Made by a program: the position numbers and the translations under genes
In this document: piece after piece, positions 13,641 to 23,893 of the stretch
Numbering within the stretch: the first letter of the stretch is position 1
Layout: the number at the start of each line of letters is the position of its first letter
Source of the DNA: Podarcis cretensis
Taxonomy: Eukaryota
Length of the DNA: 64,000 bases
Assembly (NCBI GenBank): GCA_951804945.1
Contig: OX638153.1
Coordinates: 102,548,001-102,612,000 of the forward strand
Direction of reading: 5' to 3'
The notes under the pieces: generated by a model
The model's input: the letters and a program-made list of their open reading frames with translations, nothing else
The model's database searches: none
Told to the model about the DNA's origin: nothing

Positions 13641-14395
13641 CAAGCTCAGATTTGCTTTCCCTGCAAATACTGTAATCTCTGAGGATCCCTTCCTTGGTCA
13701 CCTGCTCTGATTCAAGCCATGCATGTGAGGTGTTGCCAGCCGCTCTCTGTTGGATAAAAACTGATAAAAACCATGTGAAAATGTCACCTTCCTGCCTCTC
13801 TGCTGTGCTGCTGAATTCTGATTATTTGCTAGCGAGGAAGGAAGAGCCCAGGCACCTCGCCCTTTCCTCCTCCGCTGCGCCTCACTTTCCTCTTCCTTAG
13901 AAAAGGACAGTATTTCTCTCTCTCTCTCTTGTTTTGAAGCATGTTGTTGCTTACCTTTGAATGTTTGTAATATGAAAAAGAAGCATGGAATGTGGACTGA
14001 AAGAGACGTCAAATGTGGAAAGATGTCGGTCAAACAGATTTTTGAATTGCCTGCTGTGGGTTTTTGTTCTCTGCCAGAAGACATTTCTTTCCCTCGGAAT
14101 CGACATTCTCACAGGTGTGGGAACCTGTAGCATTCCAGGTGCTGCTGAACTACAATTCCCAGCCTCCCTCCTGGTCATCCTTCCTGGGGGCTGGGGGGAG
14201 ATTTAATTGGGCGAGACCTGAGAGCCAAAGGGTCCTGCCTCTGCAGGAGAAGGTTGTCTCCCACCTCCGCCATAGCAGCTCCATAGAAATGAATGGACCT
14301 GGCTAACCAGGCTTATTAGTTTCAGTGGGCCTACTCACAAGTAGAACTTAGTTGGCTACAACCTTGAAATTGCAGCAGAACCAACGAAGACTCTT

Positions 14396-14986
14396 TTTTT
14401 TATTATTTCTTTTTATTAAGTTTCATTTCACACATACACAAAAAGGAACAACATTGAACAAATAAACTCCATCAAGGAGCAAAAAAACTAAAAATAAAAG
14501 TCAAAAAAGCGAAAAAGAAAAAAAAGAAACTACTACACATGACAAAAACCAATTCGGACACACAGATTGACTTCCTTCCCTGCTGGTTTCGGGTTTCTTA
14601 ATTAAAGACTTCATTTTCTGCAGCTGGTATTGTTACTGCTTTATACATCGTAAGTTTTATAACAAACCTGCTATAGTTGGTAAGTTTTTATAATTTCCTT
14701 CAATATAGACCATAAATTTATTCCAATCACCAATAAACTTTGTATTTTTTTGATTTCTAATTTTTTGCGTCATTTTTGCCAATTCAACAAATTCAAATAA
14801 TTTTGTTTGCCAATCCCTCACCGTTGGTATATTTGTACTTTTCCAATTTTGTGCAATTAGTATTCTGGCCGCTGCTGTCGAATATTGAAATAGAATTTTA
14901 TCTTCTTTCATAATTTCTTTTCCGATAATTCCTAATAGGAAGGCCTCTGGTTTTTTAGGGATTGTATACTTAAATATTTTTTTTAA
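14396..14986 (-). mobile_element. 5'-truncated L1-clade LINE (ORF2 C-terminus, 3'UTR, A-rich tail)
   Basis: PKKPEAFLLGI...AARILIAQNWK...PTVRDW peptide. 20-bp TSD CAGAACCAAYGAAGACTCTT at 14376-14395 and 14987-15006. Confidence 0.85.
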
Positions 14987-15482
14987 CAGAACCAATGAAG
15001 ACTCTTGTGGCACCTCAAAGACGAACAAAAGTCAGTGGTTGCTTGAGACATTTTAATTGTTTTTTTATGGTTTTTGTTTTATTTTGCATGGCATGGCTTT
15101 ATCCCGGAGGTGCCTGCCGCTCTTTGGGAGAAGCACAGAAGAGGCATTCAGAGCAGACGGGAAGGGAGGGAAGTGTGGAGTTGCATCCGATCCTGAAGGA
15201 CTGGTCTCTGCAACAAGCAATTTGCCAGGTGGAGGCAGAAGTGTAAGCAGGGAGGGCAGGTGGAAATGAAAGGTGGAAACTAATAATTAAGTAATTAATA
15301 GTGACTATTCAGAAGATGTTGCTTGTTGATAACACAGAGATCCCAGCATTGCTCGGCCAATTAACACATTTTTTTTAGAGAGAGGGAGAGTTTTAATACT
15401 ATCAGTGTTTATTTTTTTTAATAATTGTTTTCTCTTCTTTATCTGTAAGCCACCTTGAGTTCCACCAGGAAAAAAGGCAGGG

Positions 15483-15548
15483 TATAAATATAAATATAAA
15501 TATAAATATAAATATAAATATAAATATAAATATATAAATATAAATATG
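15483..15548. repeat. (TAAATA)n microsatellite at the end of an L2-like 3' tail
   Basis: Follows GTAAGCCACCTTGAG...AAGGCAGGGTATAAAT. Confidence 0.8.
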
Positions 15549-15726
15549 CTTTAGGCCAATTCAGTCCCTAGTGAGAGCACTGAGCTTTTTGATGAATTAT
15601 AATTCAGAGCTTTCCCATTCCTTCATTCCTTCATTCCTTCATTTATGATCAGACACTTTAAGGCCAGCTTTTCATTCATTTGAATTATATCACTCAAAAG
15701 CATTTATAAACTGCTTAATATTTCAA

Positions 15727-15889
15727 GATGGTTGGATAGAAGACGAAGATGGTGGGACAGTGTTCTTGAAGCTAGCAGCATGAGTTTGACCAAACTGCGG
15801 GAGGCAGTGGAAGACAGGAGTGCCTGGCATGCTCTGGTCCAGGGGGTCACGAAGAGGCGGACACGACTAAACGACTAAACAACAACAAC
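15727..15889 (+). mobile_element. BovB (RTE) LINE 3' end
   Basis: GGGGTCACGAAGAGGCGGACACGACTAAACGACTAAACAACAAC; 7-bp TSD ATTTCAA; close match to 58950-59095. Confidence 0.88.
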
Positions 15890-16892
15890 ATTTCAAAATT
15901 CTGTAAGCCATATCCAATCCCCAAAACCGCCCCTATATATCATTAATATGTTAAAACAAAAACACAACCTTAACCGGATGACACAAAAGCAAATCAGTTA
16001 GGAATTCAGAGTTTCAGAGTCTCTTCAGGGGCCAGAAATCTCTCACAGGCAGCAGAAATCTATCAGAAATTTGTTATCAGACAGCTGGAGGTTGGGACTT
16101 ATTTCTTCCAAGGCAAACCAGAAAACAAGCAGTAACGATATTGGTGGGGATGATGAAATGAACCATTGCTTCTTCCAGTTGTTCTGCCACCCACAAAGAA
16201 AGAAAACAAGTCCAAAGGGGGGGGGAGTGAGGGCAGGAAGGAGCTCTTTCTGGGGGGGGGGGTGGAAGAGAGGGGTCCCATCAGGAGGCATGGGGGGGTT
16301 TTCCTGGGAACTAAGACCCCCTGGATTCTTTTCTGCCAAGCCAGACCTCCCCCCCCAGCCTAAATGCAGGAGTTCACATCCACCTCCTTTGACTTGCATT
16401 CGGCTTCACCAGATCTTCACCAGATCCTGACTCTCTGGTTTGTGGAGGGGGGGGCAGGGGGGGAGTGAAGTGAGCCCTGCGGCCCCTTCCTTTGTGACTT
16501 AGGTAACTGCAATAGTTCTTGCCTCATTCCATGATCCAGGGATTGTCTCTTTTAATAAACTTTATTAAAGGGGTCAGCAAGAAGCTGAACAAATGGATTT
16601 TGGAACTTATGTAAAACTCAGGAGGGCAGCCATCCCTCCCTGCTCCCCCCCCCCCGCATGCCATGCTTTGCCTGTTGACTTGTTGTTTTCCAGCCTTTCC
16701 GAAGCATCTTTGACCTCCTTTGTTCCTCTTAAATGGGCAGAAGAAGAGGGCAGTTGGGGGAGTTGGTTTGCAGAAAGTGAGGAGAGGCGAGGGGGCTCCT
16801 TTCTCCCCCTGCGAGGTTCTGGTGTGCCCTGAATTGACTGAGCAGCAACTCTAGTTGCCTTTGGCTGAGATATGTGCGTTTCATAGATTGTC

Positions 16893-17048
16893 CACCTCCT
16901 GAGGGGGCTGGACTCTCCTTCCCTGGAGGCCTTTAAACAGAGGTCAGGTGGCCATCCATCAGGGAGTCTTCAGCTCTGGCTCCTGCCTTGCAGGGGTTGG
17001 ACTAGATGGCCCTTGGGGGTCCGAACTCTACAATCCTGTGATTCCATG
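16893..17048 (+). mobile_element. CR1 3' tail
   Basis: GGACTCTCCTTCCCTGGAGG...GGGGTTGGACTAGATGGCCC. Confidence 0.7.
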
Positions 17049-17796
17049 ACAGCCCCACCCCCTAAAAAGAGCGCCTTCTCTGAAGGAGCCTATTGCCAGG
17101 CTTGGCAGCAGAAAGCAAACTCATTGTCAAGCAGAGAACTCTACAAGGAACCTTTCTTAAAAATAAACCTGCCCCTTGGGTGAGATTTGGAGGCTGCAGT
17201 TGAGACGGGAACATAGCAATCTAGCTGCGCGCACCCCCCCCCCCCCCCGCCTCTCAGGAGCAGCAGCTACAGGCTGAGCAGTGAGCCATCGAGGTCGCAG
17301 AGAAGGACTATTGTCCTCCTGGAAAGAGCAGAGTGCCATGGCTTTCTCTCAGGCAGCTGCACTTGGGATTGGGCTCTAGCGGGGAGCGGGAGGGTGGGGG
17401 GAGTCTCCTCCCAGGCCCCTTTGGCCATCCCCCATCTCCAAGTCTCACACACCCACCCCATATCAGGACTGCATTAATCTGGGCTCCTTTGCAGGCATGA
17501 GTAGGATATAAACGGAATAAATTATAACAATCTGCATTTCTGCCTGATGTTTCGTCTGTGATGATTTTGGGTGCTTTTTCTTGTTTTCAATCTTCTGTTT
17601 ATTTTGTATTGCATTTTTCCCCCCTGCAGGTCATGTCAAGACTATCTGCAGATTTCCTTTGAAAAATATAATGGTGTGAAAATGTGTGTTAAGAGCAGCC
17701 GAGGGACAGTGACAGGGATTGTTGCATTGCAGGGGGTTGGTCTGGATGGCCCTTGGGGGTCCCCTTCCAACTCTACAATTCTAGGATTGCATGACT

Positions 17797-17911
17797 GGCA
17801 GCCTTTCTTCAGGGCTTCAGACTCAGGAGTCTCTTCCGGCTGTTCCTGGAGATTTGTCAGGGATCGAACCTGGGACCTTCTGCATGCCAAGCAGGTGTTC
17901 TGGCCCTGAGC
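17797..17911 (-). mobile_element. tRNA(Ala-like)-derived SINE head
   Basis: Minus strand AGCTCAGGGCCAGAACACCTGCTTGGCATGCAGAAGGTCCCAGGTTCGATCCCTG; related body fragments at ~8720-8810 and ~39560-39725. Confidence 0.65.
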
Positions 17912-18249
17912 TCTTTTGCTCACCCTCCCAGGCATGCCACGGGCAGCTGGAAGCACCAGGGAGCCCTCCTGGACCAGGAGGAGCCGAGCCTGTGGAACTC
18001 AGGAGAGTCAGCAGGTGCCTTCTGTGTCCACTGGCTGAAAATAATCTCTCTTCTGCTAGGCCTGTGCAGAAGACGAAGACTGCATCCTTCCTGGTGGCTA
18101 ACTGATGTCTGCTTTCAGTTCTTTTGCTTTTAACTTGTTTTTAGCTTTTCCTGATTTTAGTGTATAGTTTTATGTTTTGATATTGTGTCTATTTCTATGG
18201 CACAGCGGCATATAGTTTTGTAAATAAATAAAACAAGTAAGTACCATGG

Positions 18250-21200
18250 ACAGCGTCCCGAGCTCAGCGGCTGCCTGCCGAATGGGGGTCTCCCTGACCA
18301 GGAGGAGAAAATAAGGGGGCAGAGCTCCGTTTCAGAGAGCCCTCGGACCTCAACACGCAGCAGGGTCAGGATCCTGCTCTGCCGCAAGCCCGCGCGCCCC
18401 TTCGCTTCTGAGTTTCCCTATAGAGTCGATTCCTGCCCTTTGCCACCTGAAGCGCGTTTGGTGGGAAGGCGGCGAGGTGCCCATTTCACAGATCAACCTA
18501 CGAAACAAGCGTCCTCTGAGTGGCGTCTGTTCTCGCGGCCTGGAAAGGGGGCGCAGCCCACGATGCCCCCCTGGAAATGGGCAGGCAGGCAGGCGAGGAA
18601 AGCGAAGCTGGCCGACCCGCGCGCGCAGGCCTGAGCTTGCCGCTGCTGCTCCCTTTCGTTCCTCTCCGGGGGTCGCGGGGACTTGCAAAGGCGGCCACGG
18701 GGAAGCGGAGCAGGCTTTGCAACCCTCCAGACCAGAGCAGCCGCCTGGGGGGCGCATCACGTTCTCTAGCGGGCGGGGGGCTCGGATGCCGCCCGAGCAG
18801 GAGGCGAGCAGCAGCTGCTCCAGCAAAGCTATTTTGAGCGCAGCGGGAAATGTCAAGAGCCAGGCCCCCCGATGGCACCCTGGGGAGCCACGTCAGCGGG
18901 ACTGGCGGGGAGGGGGCTCTGCCCTTTGCGGGAGGGTGGAGAGGGGAGCTGTGTCTCGCAGCAGCAACAGGCAACCGCCTCCCCCCCCCCCCGGGCTGCT
19001 GTGGGCAGCAGAGGCGGCCAGGGCTTCCTTTCCAGCCGGCAGATTTATCCTGGGCAGGATGAGGCTCACAGAGAGGGATGAAAGGGCAGAGGCAGGCCGA
19101 GAAGGGGGGGGGGGCTGGCACCAACCCCCAGCCTGGCTCAGAGGCCTCTGGGGTTCCCGGTGGAGGCTTTGGGCAAGATGCCACCCTGGTTTGTGCCCTG
19201 AAAGCAGGCAACCTGCGCGCAAGGTACAGCTGGGGAAAAACTGCCCATCTCGCGCACAGCTCCTGGCGCGACCGCAGCTAAGTTGTGCGTCCAGTTCTGG
19301 TCGCCTCGCCTCAAAAAGGATGCGGCAGGTTGGGAAACGAGAACGGCAGTCCGAGGGATGGAGGGGTCGGAGCGACTCCCTTCTGAGGAAAGGGCGCAGC
19401 CGCAGCGCTCGAGGTGAATAGCATTTCTCATGGCCCGGAGAAAGCGGACGGAGAAAAGCTTTTCTCTCGCTCCCTTGCAACACCTTAAAGACTAAGTTTG
19501 CAGCGAGACCCCTTGCTGCGACAAACGGGGGGACGAAGGGGCTTCTCATATGCCTTGAACCTGGGGGGGGGGGCTGACACTCCGCTCAGCTGCCTGGCTG
19601 GAGATTCAGGGGTGACAAGAGATTCACAGGGCGAGGCGGGCTGAGAGGCCTCCCCTCCCCACACCACCCAGCCTTGCCCCCTGCTCTCTCTCTCTCCTCC
19701 TCTCTGCCCCATACATTGTGGGGTCGACGTGGGTTCTGAAGAGCCACGGGGGCAGCGCCAGGAGCTGCACCTTGCCAAGGGAGGCCGGAACCCCACAGGG
19801 ACCTGCGGATCTGCACCGGGGGGGGGAGGGGCAATTGCGCCCTCCACTTCCCCACACCCAGACCAGTTATCTCTCTCCCCATCGCGCAAGGCTTTCATGG
19901 GGCTCAGCTCCACCCCCCGCGACTTCCTGCCGATCTGGAACCTGCAGGAAGAGGAAACCAGGCAGGCGGCTCTGCGGGACCTGGCCGCTCTCCAGAAGCG
20001 CCCGGGCTAAAAATATCGCGCAAGTGCAACAAGCCGGGGGAGGGGCGGGTGACAGACAGGCGCGCCCTCCTGGGCGAGCTGTCATTGCAGGACGGGTGCC
20101 TTGGCTCCAGCAGCGCAAGAGGCGCAAGCGGGCTGTGCGTGACTCGGTCCCAGGCAGGCAGCCGCCCTGACCCCCGCTGCGCCCGAGCTGCCAGCCAAGC
20201 ACCCAGGGGAAAGACCCCTCCGGATCCTGCCCAGGGCAGCCTTGGCACAGCCTCCCGCGGGCACCTGCCACTTTCCACAACAGAAGCATCTGGCTGGGAA
20301 TTGGGACGTGGCGGGGCAGGGCGCTGCTCCTCCGCCGCCGGGGTGGCGCAGGGATCCTGCGTGCCACTAGCCGCTTGTTCAGTGCCAGTTCAGGGCTGGT
20401 CGTCTTCCTCCGGGGTCTTCTGCTGCTCCGTGGCAGAGAAACGGGTCAAGGGCTTCCCATGTTCTCTGCTGATAGTCCTGAAGCTGCCCTCCTTCCGGGG
20501 CCACGGCTGTCCTGGTAAAGGGCCTTGGGCTGGACTCGAACTCCCATTCTCCCCGCCCATGAGGCTAGGCTGGCAGCTGGGAGCCAGGAGGGCACCGGGG
20601 AGGGGAGGACTCAGTCCCAGGGGGTGTGGAGCTGAAACAGCCCCCCCCCCCTTCCCACCGGTGCAGAACAGCGTCCGGATCCTGCACCCCAAGAATATTT
20701 GATGTAGGAATCCATTTGCTGCTGAGGTAACCAACACACCAAGACGGTTCCCTGCAGAGGTAGCTGGGCACCAGCGCCAGCCAGCAGGACCAATGGTCAG
20801 GCCCGAAGGGCGAGACCTGGAGGGCCCTAAAGAAGCGAGGCAGGGGCTCCTGGAAGACCCGCGTCCTCAGGCAGCGCGCCTGGCGAGCCGCTCTCTCGCC
20901 GGCTTCCCAGCCTCCTCAGGATCCGGGATGGCAGGGGCTGGACTAGATGATCCTTGGCTTCCCTCCCATTCCACGACTCTGTGAGCTTCTTTCGCCGTCA
21001 TTTGGTCCCTAAAGCCAGCAGAGCGGAGATGGGCGGCCTCCTGCCAGGCCCGAGGAAGACTCTCCTCGCCCCCAGCGCCCAACTCCCGCTCTGTCTTTGG
21101 CCCCAATCCCTGTCCTGCTCCACAGCCAGAGGCCGCTTGGGCGGATCCTGTTGCTAGGCTGCTGCAGCCGGCAAGGACGGAGCAGGCTCGCCCGCGCGCC

Positions 21201-21360
21201 CGGGTTGCTGCTTCAAGTATTCCGCGTCGAGGTGCCAATTGCTTTCCCCGACGGTGCCGAGACGCCAGCCCTGCAGAGGCGGCCAAAAAGGCGAAGTTGC
21301 CTCGCGGGTTGTGAGAACGGGAGCAGCGCCCTCTGGAGGAAGTTCTGAGTAGGGCAACGC
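18250..21360. promoter_or_regulatory. Orphan CpG-rich island / candidate regulatory region with a CTCF-like motif at 21326-21339
   Basis: CpG density is visibly higher than in the flanks and no recognisable coding exon is present. Minus-strand CCTCCAGAGGGCGC matches the CTCF core. Confidence 0.5.
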
Positions 21361-21829
21361 AAAGGACCCAGGGATAGAGAGACCTAGAGGGGAGGGTCCG
21401 GGTTCAGCTTGGGGGCTTTTTAGGTTTAGAGAAAAGGAGAGGAAGAGGCAAAGGGAAAGGAGGATGTGAAATCATGCCTGGCATGTAGAAAGCGGAGGGA
21501 GAAAAGTTTTCTCCTCCTCTCTTATGACACCAAAATCCATGGACATCCAAGTGAAGTGGAAGCTGTTTTCGATTTCTTTTAATGCTGTTAACCTGCTCTG
21601 GGACCTTTGTGTGAAGGGCTAAATAAGTAAATAACAGGCGAATCCTGGAAGACCCCCAGGAAGCCCTGATCCACGGCTACCAACCTAGAAGGCTTTAAAA
21701 GAGGACCAGAAAAATTCATGGAGAGGAAGGCTATTGATGGCTCCTAGAAGGACGAAGGCTCTGCTTCTGACTCCACAGGGGGGCACCGCTGCTTCTACCA
21801 GTTGCTGGAAACCACGGAAACACTTTTCT

Positions 21830-22670
21830 TCACCTACTTTCTCTATGCCAGGCAACCTGTGTCGCGCTTTTATCATGTCTCCTTTTGCTCACCTTTTCTC
21901 TAAAGAGTCCCAAATTTTGCAACCTTTCCCCATGGGGGCAAAGGACGGTCACTCTGTTCCCTTGGTCATTTCTGTTGCTTTTTTCTGAACTTTTTCCTGC
22001 TCTACAATATCCTTTTTGAGGTGAGGCGACCAGAACTGGACACAGGATTCCAAATGCAGACACACCACTGATTTGTAAATAGCATGTCAGTAGTTTTGCT
22101 TTCAATTCCTTTCCTGATGATCCCTAGTGTGGAATTTGCCTTTTTCACGGCTGTCACACATGGGCCCAACATCTCTATCGCTCTCTCTCTGCTACAACCC
22201 AGAGGACCCACTCCTGGTCTTCGCCACCAGTTCAGGCCCCACAAGTGTGTACGTGAAATCAACATTTTCCGTGGGAACCTGCAATACTTTACACTCGTTT
22301 CCATTGAATTGTACTTGCCATGTTGCAGGCCCCTCACTATGCCTGGAGAGATCCTTTTGGAGCTCTTCGCAACCTCTTTTTGTTTTAACCACCCTGATCA
22401 ATTTAGTGTCACCAGCAAACTTGGCCCCTCCCTGCTCTAGTCCAGTGTCTCCCAAACTTGGGTCTCCAGCTGTTTTCAGGCTACCATTCCCATAATCCCT
22501 GTCCACTGGTCCTGCAAGCTGGGGATGATGGGAGTTGTAGTCCAAAAACAGCTGGAAACCCAAGTTTGGACAAGATCCTTTATGAACAGGTTTAAGAAGC
22601 ACAGGCCCCAATCCTGTTCCTTGGGGGACTTCGCTTTCTACTTCTCTCCGTTTGGACAGCTTTCCATTCC
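21830..22670 (-). mobile_element. Old CR1 ORF2 fragment, interrupted by a MITE
   Basis: AKFAGDTKLIRVVKT, AVKKANSTLGIIRKGIE. Confidence 0.85.
22442..22572. mobile_element. Palindromic hAT-derived MITE (~130 bp)
   Basis: CCAAACTTGGG...CAGCTGTTTT / AAAACAGCTG...CCCAAGTTTGG arms around a CCCATAATCCC/GGGATGATGGGAGTTGTAG core. Confidence 0.75.
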
Positions 22671-22812
22671 TGATCCAAGAGGCCTGGAAGCCACGTCAGG
22701 TGGCCGCTGGTCTGACTTCCAGCAAGCCATTTCGCTTCCCTGCTGCAGACCCCTCTCCTTCCACCCCGCTTTCCCCAGAGGTGAGAGACATGCTGGGCCT
22801 GTTGGAATGCAT

Positions 22813-22818
22813 TTTATT
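22813..22818 (-). terminator. Candidate polyadenylation signal (AATAAA) for XXYLT1
   Basis: First minus-strand AATAAA I could find downstream of the stop, ~680 nt away and just before a CR1 fragment. Confidence 0.55.
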
Positions 22819-23496
22819 CTGCTCCTGCAGAAGGGACAAAAGACTCCTGGCACCCTCTCCTTCTCCCCACAGGTCTCACCCCACTGCCTGATAGCAGAAG
22901 AAGAACCATACCTCCATCCCCAGGACAAGGCCTCCCAGGCCCACAGTCTCCCCTCGGCCCAAAGGGCAGCAGGGCCTTTTCCCCACAGCCCAAAAGGATG
23001 TTGGTGAGGAAGGCCAGGACAGAGGGCTGAGGGCTCTAGTGGAACTGGGGGCCAATGGACCTCTGCAGAATCCAGGCTTGGTCCGCAAGAAGCTGTTCTT
23101 GCTTCAGGGGCCACGATCCTGCTGCCTTGCTGGGCACGTGTGCTGCAGCCAAGATCGGAACGTGGATGGCCGCACTCTGCAGTCCAGGGGGAAACGTTCA
23201 CAGTCCCCCAGGGAGCTGCCAGCAGGAGGTCTCAGCCCCAGAGAGGCCTTGGGCTCGCCTCCCTCTCCCTGCTGTGTCTGGGTCCCAAAACAACAATCGC
23301 TGGCCGGTGGCAGAAGGCGCTCAGCTCAGCATCCTTCCTGCAAGGCCCATGAGGATTCCTCCCAGGTAGACCCCAGTTGTGCGCAAGGGAAAGGGAGCAA
23401 CCTCCTCTTGATGGAACCCCCCAAAGAGACATGGCGAGAGCCCTGCAGTGACCACAGCACAGCTGCCACCCCCAAGCTCCCCCTGGCCAGCAGAGG

Positions 23497-23893
23497 CTAC
23501 TCCTGGGGGATGGGCGTGTTGCAGTTGCCATGGTAGATCCGGACGTGGCCGTCGCAGCGGAAGTAGTGGTCAAAGACGTCGCGGTAGCCGTGCTCACGCC
23601 ACCAGGAGCAGAGCTGCCGGTTCCAGGTGCAGTCGAGGACGTAGAAGAGCTCCGGGTGAGCCATGCCCACCAGCGTGAAGAAGTCCTGGTCGCCCAGGTG
23701 GCCCCGGAAGTGGAACTGGTCCGCCAAGCGCTGGGCGGCGCCCGGCTCCAGCAGGCGGTTGTAGAGCTCCGAGTGGCGCATGGCCTCCAGGTTCAGCAGG
23801 AGGACCCCGCTGTTGAAGCCGGGGAGGCCGTCCGGCGGGGGCTCCCCCACCTTGGTCCCCGGGTGCTCCTGGCGGTACTGCCAGAAGAGGTGC
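23497..23893 (-). CDS. XXYLT1: XXYLT1 exon 4 (HLFWQYRQEHPGT...NTPIPQE*)
   Basis: 397 nt, TGCAG acceptor, TAG stop. Confidence 0.95.

Noticed and set aside
18477-20702. ORFs of 217-314 aa as a novel gene or FAM43A
   Set aside because: They reflect stop-codon scarcity from high GC. There is no FAM43A-like or other recognisable motif and no coherent exon chain.
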